Below, in pieces: positions 12,383 through 25,437 of a stretch of 64,000 bases of DNA (position 1 is the first letter of the stretch; each line of letters opens with the position of its first letter). The translations under genes and the position numbers were made by a program. Origin of the DNA: Yuukianura sp. NJ FZ-2021 (taxonomy: Eukaryota); the NCBI GenBank assembly GCA_046563655.1, contig CM102289.1, positions 1,674,001-1,738,000 on the forward strand, in the 5' to 3' direction. Below the pieces are notes generated by a model that had not been told where the DNA came from, made no database searches, and saw only the letters and a list, made by a program, of their open reading frames with translations.

Positions 12383-13003
12383 ATGTCAGGATTATTTGTA
12401 TTTGTTATTTTAAACGTCTTACTTCGTTCAACTCCAATCAGCTCAACACCTATTTTTGGCCGCGAAGTGGTACGTTTTAATTATAAGCCTTGCTAAAGGT
12501 TTCATTATTTAATTAAACCTTAGTGTATTAAGTATTACATAACTGGATTTGTCTTTTCAAACAGGTTATGCCATACGGAAACGCGAGTGACGCCTACGAT
12601 GACCGTAAGAGTATATGTTGCGTATATAATTTCCAATCACTTTGCTCTGAAGCAGCAAAACTTTGTGGTTCTAGGCATATTTTTTCTGCAACCAACTAAC
12701 AGCAACAGTAATGCGAATACTTGTGTATCAAGTGCTACGTGCTGCCGCTATAGGTGCGCTGCTGTGACTATGGCGGGAACAGGAGTTCAAATTGCCTCAG
12801 AATGTGCAACTGGTGCTACGGCGGGATTGGCCGCTGGGCGCTGTATAAGTAGCGATGGTACTGCAGCTTCCATTGCACCTGGAGCGCTTTGTATATTTAG
12901 TGTAACCTGTCCCGCGTGCTTTACTGCGGGTACAACAATCGCTTGTGTAGGACAACAAGAATGTACTACCATATTGGGTAACGCCATTTGCCCATGGACG
13001 TAG
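12383..13003 (+). CDS. Small secreted 12-Cys protein, copy 3 (exons 12383-12469, 12565-12604, 12675-13003; 151 aa)
   Basis: Signal peptide MSGLFVFVILNVLLRSTPISS, linker VMPYGNASDAYDDRIFFLQP, 12-Cys domain ending GNAICPWT; same intron positions and phases as copy 2. Confidence 0.88.
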
Positions 13004-13355
13004 AATTTCAGAACCTTTTATGTTTAAAATTAACTCGAATTTAAAAAAATCAGATCACCGAAAATCAAGGAGTACAAATAAGTTAAATATTTAACGAGAA
13101 ATTGATTTGCCCCCACGCAATGCTACGTTTAAATTTTGATCAAGTCACACAGAACGACGGCTGACTTAACCAAATTGTGAAATATAACTGTAAAGTCGTC
13201 AAATAAAATCAAAAATTGGTACCTAGTATTGATATTCTAATTTTGCAGACTGTCATTTATTGCATTCAGTTAACCGGATGACAGTCGCTTTTTCGTTTTG
13301 CGACTACGCTACTTTTAATTAAAATAATTGTTTTGAACTTTTTTTTTCATTTTGC

Positions 13356-14897
13356 TCAAAAAGCCAGGAGAAGGTCAATAATAGAGCCCACCACCACTTC
13401 AGCCCAAATGAACAACACGAATTCCCTCGTTTCAAAAGACGTCACATTCCCCACGTGGATTCGTAGCGGAGTCATTCCTTTCCAAAATTTTGAATCGGAT
13501 TTTGAATATTTTGGCGAATGGTGACGAGCCTGTTGGATTAACTCGTGAGACAGTATATGTTGGTTTGTTGAGAGATTAATAATAAAGTTTGTTGCCAAGA
13601 CAGAACCAAAATCGGCAAATGCCACTGCAAAGACGATCACAAAGGGATTTCCAGATCCCCTGATTGTGAAAAAAGTTAAAATAACAACGCCCATGATAAG
13701 ATTCAGCATCATTAACGAAATTGCATCTTCAAATGCTGCTCGAAATGCTTCACCAGCCACTTTGAGCTTTAAATACGCCAGACGCTCCTCCCAAATGTGC
13801 ACCCAGAAGCGATTTCCGTCTGTTTCTAAGTCCATTTCACTGTTAAATGTGAGAAAGATTTGGACTCAAGGTTTCTTGACAAAGAAGAATGAATTTTCTT
13901 TACAAGGTTGAGTACTACTTCGCGTGTTGACAAAAAAGAAAAATTAGTACCAAATTTAGTACCAATCCAATAAATTGGAACCAACTTATATGCAAAATTT
14001 GCCAAAAACTCGGCTGTATAATTATAACTACGATGGCCTGAAATGAAAGGACAAAGAAATGAAATGAAATGAATTTTGCAAAATCAAAAAATATGATGTA
14101 TTACCCAACCTGGTAAAGAAAATCAATGTCAACTAACCTTGATTTGTACTGATAATTTTAGTAACAAAATTGTTTCAATTCGTGAAAATTTCTTACCAAC
14201 TGAGATCTTTTAGTCTTTCAATTGTTGTAAATAAATATGTGACAAGCCAGTGAGCAAAAACAAGGCAGTTGACTACTGAATGCCCCAGTCCAATCGAAAC
14301 ACAAAATAAAATACTAAATTTGCATACGGAGAAAATCCAGGAAAATGAAGCCGTCTCAGGATTGCTGACTTGTAATGCAATAGATGACATTCCATTGTGA
14401 AATGTAGCGAAGAGTCCAGGAAATGTCCATGACATCGCATATAAAATTGGAACATACAGCAACGGATATATGACTGAACCGCACAACATGAAGAAGCAGA
14501 GGATTTCAAGAAAGAGTGGCAATTTTCTGGACAAGTGGAACATAGTATCCAGAGCATAGTTTGTAATATTAACACAACGTCGTCGAGCAGTTGGGATGAG
14601 CATAACATATTGTGCTGTGTGCAGGATGTTAAAGATGCAGTTTGCCCCAAGAGCAAGTATTTTTTCCATTTCTGTTGTAGCTCCGAATGCTACTTCGTAG
14701 TATAAGTAAGAAATAAACAAACCGACGACAACTGTTGAAAATATTCCAAAACTTCTGCACAATGATGGAAATTTTTGGACAGAGTGGGCAATAGTATCCG
14801 GGTTTTTACGTCCAAAGTTGTACCTCACAGGGACATAATACAGTGTTCCTGCCCACATGTACAACAACTTGACCCATAAGTTCAGCCTTTGCTCCAT
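13356..14897 (-). CDS. R1: Gr-like 7TM chemoreceptor-superfamily protein (exons 14897-14197, 13839-13356; 394 aa)
   Basis: Multiple hydrophobic helices; C-terminal FWKGMTPLRIHVG..FETREFVLFIW..SIIDLLLAF; single phase-2 GT-AG intron, frame checked. Confidence 0.8.
13867..14141. mobile_element. CAAGGTT-ended MITE in the R1 intron
   Basis: Imperfect ~45-bp inverted ends (caaggtttcttgaca..ttttctttacaaggttg / caacctggtaaagaaaa..tgtcaactaaccttg); flanks atttggact / atttgtact. Confidence 0.7.
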
Positions 14898-16241
14898 TAT
14901 GAAATTTAATACAGTCCAATAAACAAGGTTTTTGGTTTTAACTGTTAGGCCATTAGGTTAGCCCAACAAAAAAATAGCCAACAATCCAAGCAAATGACTT
15001 AGAATTACGTCGACAACTGAGTTGTACCACAAAAGACGAAAAACTTTGAAAAAAGTGGCTAGTTGAAAAACAAAAATTTCTAAATTTTCACATTTCTGGA
15101 CTGCTTTATCCCACATGGATTTTAATACAAGGTTGATGCAAGGCTTTCTTCGGAAATTTCCTCATTCACTTTTTTAATTTAAAAACCAACTGAGCTATAT
15201 TTTCTTGATTAAAGTTTTTCATTCAGTTTATAGACACTAGAATTGAAAATGAGTCAAATTATTTTTAGCCTTGGATTAAATTTTGCATTGCCAAGTAAGC
15301 AGTTATGAAAAAAAGCTAAAAGCCTTAAACATCTTCGTTATGATGCATAAGTTCCTTGCGACTGTAACGCAATAAAGCAACATTTACATTTGCCGCTGAT
15401 TAAGTAAACACGTAGTCTAACAAATATTTATCCTTGAAATTGTATAAATTTTAAATTGTCAAATTCGCATTTAGGCGAAGTAAAAAAGAAATGCAAAGCA
15501 AAGCGATTTGGATTTTTTCTTCAAAATAACGAACCCGGTAACTGGAGACAGAAATGTAAAAATCAATTCTTTTGTTTCAGAAATCGCCAATCTTGAAAAT
15601 CATATTACTTTTACTTTTAACAATTTGATGCTGGACAATATTAGTAGAACTAAATAAAACCACTCGAAAGCTGCACAAGATTAGAAAGAACAAGATTGGC
15701 ATATAATGGGAAAATATGTTTTCAAAACTAAAAATAAATAAACTTTTCCATAGACAAACAAATGCTGTAATATGCTCTTCAAGCAACCAGCTTTTAGAAG
15801 TTTTTACATCAGCAGCTTACGACGTTTTTAAAACTAAAACTAAATGCATTTGTTTGAAAGTTTGAAAATTGAAACCTTTAAAACTGTCAGCAAGAAAAGA
15901 GCATTACGAAATTAAATTTAAACTTATCTCCCCATTTTATTACAGCCAAAATGCTTTAGGCAGGTGAAAGTTTGCATAAAAATGCATTAAAAAAATAAGG
16001 AGCTTAAAAGAAATGGAAAAGGAACTTACATCACCTCGAGTTTTTTTTATTAAAATTTTTATTTCGTTTTTGAAAAGGAGTTAATAGTTATTGAAGCTAC
16101 CTCTTTTATGTTCACATTGACTTTGTCGGTCTGCCTGTCCGTCCAAAATTCTAATTGATTTTGACAGCACAAAATTTTTAGACTGTTTTATATAAGTGCT
16201 CAAAATTAACTTGATTACATTAACTAACATTAATCTAATTT

Positions 16242-17512
16242 TCAAAATGCAACTAGTAAGGTTATTAGAGAAGACACGACTACGTCTGCCCAAATGAATA
16301 AAATAAATTCCTTAGTTTCAAATGTCGCAAAGCTTCCCACGGGAATTCGAAGTGGTGTCATGCCTTTCCAAAATTTGGATGCTTTTCCTGCACTATTTCG
16401 AGTTCGTCGATGAGCGGCTTGAATCAAAGCTTGAGAAAGCAGATGTAGATCAGTTGCAGTATCAATGGTAAAATTAGCAACACAAAAAGCAACGAAATCA
16501 GCAATAGCAACCAATAGAGTAAGCATCACGACGTGATTGCCACCCCGTATTACAAAAAAAGTTAAAGCAATAATTGCCAGTAGCAAGTTGACCACAACGA
16601 CCGTAACTAAATCTTCAAAAGCCACTTGAAAAGCGGCATTTAGCACTTTGATTTTCATGTACTCGCATGCATTTGTGATGTTTGACTTGTTTTCCATTAA
16701 GGATTCTTCTGTCTCCGTCCATGTTTCACTAATTGCAGTTTTGAAATTTTTGAAACTCAAAATTTTCTAATTTAACTTTTAAATTTTAGAATTCTGATTT
16801 CTACATACCCGACCAAAGCTAAATCCTTTAGTTGTTGGTTAGCTGTATACAGATATATAAAAAGCCAATGAACAAGTGTCATGGCATTCACCATTGAATG
16901 GCCCACTCCGATAGTGATGATGAGCAAGGCGCAAAATTTGAAAATATTGAAGCTCCATGCATATGTGGACGATTGAGGATCCTGGTTCAGTTGGAATGCT
17001 GCAAATGCTATTCCATTGTGTAATGCTGTAAACAAACCTGGAAATGTCCATGCGGCAATACAGAAAGCTGGAAGGAGCGCAAATGGATACACTAATCCGT
17101 TGGAACAGAATAGAAAGCAAATCAATTCAAAAGAAGGCGGTAATTTTTTGGAAATGTGGAACATATTATGAAGAGCGACATTGGTGACGTTGATGCAACG
17201 TTGTCGTGTAGTCGGTAGAAGTAGAATCCATTGCGACATATGAAGAAAACTGAAGACGAGGTTACAACCACCGCCTAATATTTTTGCCATTTCCGTTGTA
17301 TTTCCAAAAAGTATTTCGTAGTACCAGTAAACAGTAAATAATCCAGCGACAAATGTTGAAAATATTGCAAATACCAAGTATATGGATTGCCGCTCTGTTG
17401 GAACAATAGTATTTGCTTGTCCGACTCCAAACTTATACTTGACCGGTATGTAGTTCATGATCTCCGCCCACATATAAAATACTTTTACCCACAAGTTAAT
17501 TCTTTGTTTCAT
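16242..17512 (-). CDS. R2: Gr-like 7TM protein (exons 17512-16809, 16728-16242; 396 aa)
   Basis: Paralogous to R1; same phase-2 intron; frame checked. Confidence 0.8.
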
Positions 17513-18434
17513 TTTGTTATTTACAAAACTTTTCCCCAACCTTCAAAATTGGATTTTTAAAATTTGATTTCTAAATATTTGTTAATGTGAAGTGAACAGT
17601 CACCGATCTCCTCTGAAATAAATTTGCTCAAAATTTTTCTGAGCCAAAGTTTTTGAAATTCGGGATAGGTTTTTGTAAATAACAATGATTCGTAATCATA
17701 ATCATTAATCATAATAAGTGATACTATCTTTGCTTCAATTGTATTATTAGACGGCTCAAGCCCCTCGTTAGGGCTAGATCAAAGCGATTTCACGCTTCTT
17801 TTTTTAACATGCATGGTTACTTAGCGTTGAAGGCACAAAAATCAATAAGCATTGAGCCACCTATTGAAATTCACACGTCTCGCTCACGATCCTTCAGGAA
17901 ATATTTATGGACTCTTAAACTAGCTGCAAGATTTTGGGATAAAAACTAAAACCCGGTTGTGGACTGTTAAAATTTTATTAACTTTTCCATTTTGTCGGTA
18001 ATCGGTCAACAAGGTGAGGTGATTATTAGATTGGTAAGTTGTTGCCAAGGTTATACGTTAACCCAAACTTAACCTTGAATTGCTGTGCCTCCATTCACCA
18101 AACCTGTAAAACTTAAAAATGCAACTGAAAGCAATAAGTTTTTGTGTTTTTTGAAGGTCTCAATTTCTTAAATTACAGAAATCATCTGCACTATATTTTC
18201 ATGAAACTTTTTATTATAATAGCGAAGCAATTATAATAATAGTATTCAGGAACACCTGGAAAACCAGGAAGGTAAGGAAGAGAAGCATGCAAATCTGAAG
18301 ATGTTTCTAATTTTCAAAGGAATTTATATGCATTTGCTAGATTCGAAAGGTAAAAACAAATTCATTTTTCTACGCAAGCCAATGTACTTAATGCTTTTCA
18401 GACAACTTGTAATTGATCGAAATTAACTTAAATT

Positions 18435-19725
18435 TTAAAATGCAATCAGTAAGTTGATAAGCGAATTTACAACTACGTCTGCCCATACGAACAAAATGAA
18501 TGCCTTAGTTTCAAATGTCGCAAAGCTTCCCACCGGAATTCGAAGTGGAGTCATTCCTTTCCAAAATTTAAAATCATATTCTGCACTATTTCGAGATCGT
18601 TGACGAGCGCATTGAATCAAACCTTTAGAAAGAAAGTGTTGATCAGTTGAGGTTTCAATGGTAAAATTAGCAACACAAAACATAAAAAAATCAGCAATAG
18701 CAGCCAAAACAGTAAGTAGCGAAGCGTCTCCACTATCGCGCATGACAAAAAAAGTTAGAGCAACGATTCCTATCAGAAAGTTGACCACGATGACCGTAAT
18801 TGAATCTCCAAATGCTGCTTGAAACGCTGTATCCAGCACCCTGATTTTCATGTAATCATTTGAAACATGCTTTATTGATGTGTTTTTGAATAAGGTTCGT
18901 TCTGTCTCCCTGCATGCTTCACTGAAAATCAAGCATAAAATCAGGTTTTTGGTAACTTTCGAAATTTTTCAAATTCAAAATTTTCACATTTTTAACTTTT
19001 AGGATATTGATTTCTATATACCTGGCCAACGTCAGATCTTTCAGTTGCTGGTTAGTTGTATACAGATATATAAAAAGCCAATGAACAAATGACATGACAT
19101 TTACCACTGCGTGGCCCGCTCCGATTGAGATGATAAACAAAACACAAAACTTGAATATTTTTAAGTTCCACAAATATTCAGGCGATTCTAGCTCTTGGTT
19201 CAGCTGGAGCGCTGCAAATGCTATTCCGTTGTGCATTGTTGCAAACAAGCCTGGAAGTATCCATGTAGAAATATAGATGCCAGGGAGGAACGCGAAGGGA
19301 TACAACAATGCGTTGGAGCAGGACACAAAGCAAATCAATTCAAAAGAACGCGGTATTTTTTCTGAAATGTGGAACATATTATGAAGAGCGACATTGGTGA
19401 CATTGATGCAACGTTGTCGTGTAGTCGGTATGAGTAGAATCCATTGCGACATATGCATGAAACTGATGATCATGTTGACACCAACACCATATATTCTTTC
19501 CATTTCCGTTGGATTTCCAAAAATTATTTCGTAGTAGAAGTAAGCTAAAAATAACCCAGTGACAAATGTTGAAAATATTCCAAATACTTTGTACGCCAAT
19601 TGCCGCTTTGTTGGTACAATAGCATCGGATTCTCCAAATCCAAACTTATATTTGACCGGTATGTAGTTCATCATGCCCGCCCAGGCATACAGAACTTTAA
19701 TCCACAAGTTGATTCTTTGTTTCAT
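18435..19725 (-). CDS. R3: Gr-like 7TM protein (exons 19725-19022, 18921-18435; 396 aa; alternative ATG at 19740)
   Basis: Paralogous to R2; same intron; frame checked. Confidence 0.8.
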
Positions 19726-20317
19726 TTTATATTTACTCATGCTGAAAATGTTTCTTTTAAACTACAGAATTTGATTTTTAAATATTTGTTACTTTGAAAT
19801 GTAACTTAACACCAAACGCTACAGCTGCTTCAACAAAGTTGTTTGAAGATCTGTCGCTACAAAACTCTTTGGAATTCTGCGTAGGTTTAGTTAAGAACAA
19901 TGGTACATAACCAGCAATAACTGATACGATCTTGATTGAAATATTTTTTTAGACGGCGGAGGGCCATTGGTAAGGGATATATGTAAGCGATTTGATGTTT
20001 TTAATATTAACACACCCATTGTTATGGTATTGTAAACACAAAAAAGCCTGTAGTATCAACTCTTGTTGTGTACAAATCTTCATCGTGGAGGAAATAATTG
20101 AATTTTTGAACACCGCATGATTTTAGGATAAAGCTAAACCTTGGTTATGAATTGTTAAAATTTTATGTACTAACTTGCCCAGTAACTTCTAGTGCTTCAA
20201 GTTTTCGCACTTTAGAGTTAGGTTCGAACTTCCGAAATCCAACCTGACTATTTTCCTGGGTACGAAGTTCAAACCTGAGCCATTCCAACTTACTGGTCAA
20301 TATTTGCAAAATACTCA

Positions 20318-20385
20318 ATAATGTATGAATGTGGTAAGTCAAGGTGGGTGTTTACCCACCTTGACTTACCACATTCATACATTAT
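20318..20385. repeat. Perfect 32-bp-arm palindrome with 4-nt loop
   Basis: ATAATGTATGAATGTGGTAAGTCAAGGTGGGT-gttt-ACCCACCTTGACTTACCACATTCATACATTAT. Confidence 0.95.
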
Positions 20386-20413
20386 GTATGAATTTATTAT
20401 ACATTATACATTA

Positions 20414-20650
20414 TGTAGAATAAACAAACAAATTGTTTATTCTACACCAGGTTGTCCGGTAAGTCGATGTTTTTAATTTTATCAAATAATTTGCAAAACT
20501 TGCGTCGCCGTGCCCTTCTATGGTAATGATTTGTATGTAATTTAATAGAAATTGGGGGAAAAAGTTATTTGTAGGAAGATTTTTGCAAACTCCGAGTTAC
20601 TGGATAACCTCTTGTAGACTATTTGTAGATTGGTTGCTATAGCAACCTTG
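20414..20650 (+). mobile_element. CAAG-ended MITE family copy with rearranged left end
   Basis: Aligns with 52830-53069; right end tggttgctatagcaaccttg; left end replaced by hairpins; no TSD visible. Confidence 0.8.
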
Positions 20651-20784
20651 TATACACCTATACACCATATACTGCTATGAACCTCCATACTATAGAGTAC
20701 TGTGTACCTATACACCATATACTACTATATACGCATGCCATTTCGACTATATTCAATGGCATATAGTTTCGTTTAAAATTTGTT

Positions 20785-22448
20785 TTAAAATGTCATGAGA
20801 AGATTAATAACAGATGCCACAACTACTTCAGACCAAACGTACAGAATGAATTCTCTGGTTTCAAAAGATGAAACATCGCCAACATGAATGCACAGAGGGG
20901 TCATTCCTGACCAAAATTTGGCTTCAAATTTTGAAATACTTTTTGCAGCCTGATGAGCTTCTTGAATTAAATTTTTTGACAAAATGTGGTGATCCGTCGA
21001 TAGAACCATGATAAAATGTGTTCCAAGTAGACAAACCAAATCACAAGAAACGGCAGCAATAATAATAATTACATGGTAGTCACCGGCACAAATTACGAAA
21101 AAAGTAGCAACAATAGCAGCAATAAGGAAATTTGTAATGAAAAAAGCAACCGTGTCTCCAAAAGCTACTCGGAATGCTTGTCCCACCAGTTTTACTTTGA
21201 GGTAGTCCATTGTGTCAGCAGGAGATGTTTCACTGTACAATTGAAAAACTAAATTGTTTAAAATCATAAAGTAAACAAACCGTTGTAAACGCCGTAACTA
21301 AGTAGCGAATTGTATATAAGGGTTTGTGACGATGATTCATACATTTGAAGCACGAGGTCAAAGGTCAAGGTCACGAAGTTGTTGTGTCAATGTTATGAAC
21401 ACATTTTGTAAGGTTCATTTTTTCGATTTCCGTGACTGTGAAAAATGTACTTGACCTTGACCTTTGACCCGGAAGTTGGCCACTTCTGGTCAAACCGGAA
21501 ACCACTTGTTTACCCCTGGACCATGTGAAGTTCATCTATGAAGACAGATTGAAAATCCGTCCAGTGGTCCTTGAGTTATAGACGCGCGTAGACAGACAGA
21601 CAGACGAACGGACTGACAGACAGGCCGATACGGGCAAAAACATAAAGTACCGAATAAATTCGCTACTTAATAAAGTATAAATTTGTAGTACATGAAGACT
21701 TTTGGATTTCTTAATTAGTACAATTAAACTGTAAGTGGAATACAAACCTTTTCAAATTGAGTTCTTTTAGTCGTTGTGTAGTTGTAAACAAGTATACACA
21801 AAGCCAATGCGCAACAGTGGCCGTATTGACAGCAGCATGGCCCAATCCAACTGAAATGCTTCCAAATACGCAAAATTCCAATATGTGGAAAATCCAAAAG
21901 TATGTTGTGGATTCCTGGTTAACCAGTTGCAAAGTTACAAATGTTATTCCTTCACGGAATGTTGTAAAAAGTCCAGGAAATGTCCACGACACGACATACA
22001 CACACGGAAAGTACAGAAACGGGTACAAAACAGAGTTGTAACAAAGAAGAAAGCAGACCATGTCAAAAGAAAGTGGCAAACATTTTGACAGACGGAACAT
22101 GGTGTCCAGAGTAACATTTGTGACAGTAATACAGCGTTGTCGCCTAGCTGGAATGAGTAGCACCCACTGCGAGATGTGCAATACGTTAAAGATGCAGTTT
22201 GCTCCGAGTGCAAACAAGGTTTCCGTTTCCGTCGCCTTATTAAACAAGGCGTCGTAGTACCAGCTGAGTATGAATAATCCAACCCAAGCTGTTGAAAATA
22301 TTCCAAAAACTCTGTGTACTGATTGGTGTTTGCACTCCACGATCTTATCGGGTTGTTTCGATCCAAACCGGTATTTTACCGGTACATAACGCATAAATCC
22401 TACCCATTCATACATCACTCTTACCCACAACCTTATTCGCTGCTTCAT
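20785..22448 (-). CDS. R4: Gr-like 7TM protein (exons 22448-21748, 21232-20785; 382 aa)
   Basis: Paralogous; same phase-2 intron, enlarged by an inserted repeat; frame checked. Confidence 0.8.
21273..21674 (-). mobile_element. Helentron-associated (DINE-1/HINE-like) non-autonomous element in the R4 intron
   Basis: 13-bp subterminal inverted repeats TAAGTAGCGAATT (21299-21311) / AATTCGCTACTTA (21657-21669); (GTCY)n microsatellite at ~21590-21625; internal ggtcaaaggtcaaggtca inverted pair; T-rich ends on the minus strand; absent from paralogous introns. Confidence 0.75.
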
Positions 22449-23369
22449 GGCTTTTGTTTAAAATACTTGTGGTGTAATCGGATTTCAACAATTTGATTTC
22501 TTATTATGTATTCTGCTTTTAAAAAAAAGAGAGCTAAAAAGAGTAAATTACTATAAGTTAAGTCAGTATTTTGTAGTTAGGTGGATGCTGAAATGTTACT
22601 GTATGTTTTGCCCAACATTTGAGCTAGTTTTAGCTACAAAGTTATGGAGGTATGCAGTTGTGTCGCTTTAGCCCCTCGTATTTAAGGGAATCTAGTACAC
22701 CATTTATGTTAAAGGTTTTATGGACCGGAGAAATTTAATCTCAATATTAAGAAATTGATGTTTTGGAAAAAAGTTTAATTTGAAAACCAACACCGACCAG
22801 CAACCATTTTAACAACCAGAGTTTATTTTCCGATTCAACACTCTTTCATAGTAATCTTCAAGTTTATTCATTAACATTGAGACTCAGGTCGGTCAAACAA
22901 GGTGGTAAATTACCTCTACATTCTGTAATCAGAGTGTGAAAAGACTTTTACGGACTTCCACGATGAAATTTTAACCATAGTCTCCGTAAATAATTCATGT
23001 AATTCACATATGGAATCAAAAATGAATAATTCGGTTGGTTTAGATTGTTGACGAGCGTAGTGCAAACATAGCATGGAAATTAGAATGAAGGACAAACTTA
23101 ATTTTAACTTAGGTTTTTAATTAAAACCTCTAGCTAGAGCTTCTTGTGAACCCACTTCGTGATTAAAAAGAAGTGTGACATGGCAAGGTCTCTCGATTCT
23201 CAATTTTCTTTTATAATTAAACTGAATGCGCATTATTAACTTTTTTAATACCATTAAAATTTTTCATTATTGTAAAACTACGTTAAAGCTACTTAATTCG
23301 AAATTCTATATTTTCAATTTTTAAATTCTAAATTTAAGAGAGTAAGAACAGCAATTCTTTTTGGAAATT

Positions 23370-24671
23370 TTAAGACGCAATGAGAAGGTCAATAATTGAA
23401 GTAAGAACTACGTCTGCCCAAATAAACAGAATGAATTCCCTGGTTTCAAAAGAACAAACCCCTCCAACACCTATACGCAGCGGAGTCATGCTTTTCCAAA
23501 ATTTTAAATTATAATCTTCATAATTTTTTCTTGCTTGACGATGAGCTGTTTCGATTAAATTTTTAGACAGAAGATGCTGATCAGTTGAAACATGAAGTAT
23601 AAGTTTTGCGACTACAACAGAACCAATATCACCAAGCACAATAGGAACAACAATTGCGACAGGATAATTAGCAACTCCAACACTGAAAAAAGTTAGCACA
23701 ACAATGGCAATCAAAATGTTCAAAACTATGATGGTTACTGGATGTTCAAAGGCTTCGCGAAATGCTTGACCTGCCACTTTGACCTTCAAATACTCCAAAG
23801 GATCTGCACAAATTTTTGTATCCAAACTGCTTTCGTATATGGATTGTCTCATATGTTGTTCTCTGTGAAAGAAAAAGTTACAGAAATTATGGCAAATCTT
23901 TATAGCAGAAATTTATAAAAAATTTTATGGCGGAAAGCCAAATTTCGCCAAATTGCAAAAATTTCTGGCCAACCTGTCTAAACAGAGATCCCTTAAGTTT
24001 TGATTAGTTGTATATAAATTTATAAAAAGCCAATGTAACAGCACGAGAGCGTTGATCATTGCATGGCCTAACGCCACTGAGACAAGAAACAAGACAAAAA
24101 ATTTGAGAATCTTGAAGCACCAAACACTACCACTGGTATTTGGTTCAAAAATTTGAAAAACCGTGAATTCTATCATATAATGAAACGTTGTGAACCCTCC
24201 AGGCAGCGATGATGAAGCAGCATACAATCCTGGAAGGTACAAAAATGGATAAGTGACTGAACCAGCACAGACGATGAGGCAAATCAGTTCAAAAGATGAT
24301 GGCCACTTTCTGGACAACCGGAACATGGTCTCCAAGGCAACGTTGGTGACATTGATACAGCGTTGTCGACTAGCCGGAATGAGGAGCACCCACTGCGACA
24401 TATGCATGATGAGCACAATGGAATTTGCACCAATAGCAACAACGGTTTCAACTTTCCGCGTTGGGCCAAACATAGCTTCGTAGTACCAATTTGCTATAAG
24501 TGAACCAACACCAACTATTGAAAAACAGCTAAAAATTTTATGCACTAAATCATGTTTTGGCACAAGAACGTCGGGTTTTCCATGCACACAGTGATATGTA
24601 ACAGGTATATAGTGCATATATGCTGCCCATTGGTAGACCCACTTAACCCAAAAATTTAGTATTTGGTGCAT
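23370..24671 (-). CDS. R5: Gr-like 7TM protein (exons 24671-23974, 23862-23370; 396 aa)
   Basis: Paralogous; same intron; ends SIIDLLIAS; frame checked. Confidence 0.8.
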
Positions 24672-24961
24672 TGCGTTTTACAACTATTTCAAATTTTTGA
24701 AAAAAAAATCAAATTTTGATATAAAAAGTTAATCAAAATTTGGTTGGCGGATTCAAGATTAAAAAACTTGCTGGCTAATATTTGAAATTTGGTTCCACGT
24801 ACGTTGCTGGAATGACGAGAATTGGCAAAAATGCATTATGTTTTAGGCTATATTTTGTAATTAGGGTGTAATGCATCAAAGTTGTTAGGTTAATATTTAA
24901 TAGTTGATTAATGGCCAAGCTAATGTTTAGCAAAACACAGAGTTAGGAACATTATTTCAAA

Positions 24962-25437
24962 ATTGGTTCACAATTTTCAGAAATTATTCTTTTATTGTAA
25001 CTTTATTGGCTCCTAAGCTGTGTTGCTTGTATCGAAAAAAAAATCTCAACTCAATCCTTATTTTGAAAATTAAGTTCCCGCTAAATTTTCAAATTGTAAG
25101 TGGAAAACTGATGTAGGCTAAACCCTTGCACCAGAATTTAAAACAAGATTGAACCATTTGCATTAAGTAAATTGCTTTTTTTTTTCTGGAACTCCCACTT
25201 TGGAAATCTAAAATTCAAATGGAGCGACCAGCATTCTGTTTATTTTTTTTACGGATTTTTTTTATGTCTTTCTCGTTAAAAAATGGTTATTAGTTTGAAT
25301 TTAAAATCATTTCCTCTATTAGATTTAGTCTTGTAAGGAATACACACGGTTGGTAACTTGGCTGGGCAATCCAGGTTTGGTTTCCCTGCACATGACAGTT
25401 TTCAAAATGTTTTTCAAATTCCGATAGTTTGAAAAAT
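24962..25437 (-). pseudogene. Duplicated 3' end (last ~48 codons plus downstream DNA) of zinc-finger gene ZF1
   Basis: Aligns with ~28040-28530; 25437-25290 translates KLSEFEKHFENCHVQGNQTWIAQPSYQPCVFLTRLNLIEEMILNSN-stop; no upstream fingers. Confidence 0.85.

Noticed and set aside
8795..13003. Antifreeze protein or hydrophobin identity for the 12-Cys family
   Set aside because: No TCT 12-13-mer periodicity, no G-x-x repeats, and only one CC doublet.
18046..18077. 32-bp CAAGGTTA..TAACCTTG mini-element
   Set aside because: Only 8-bp arms and no TSD; could be chance.
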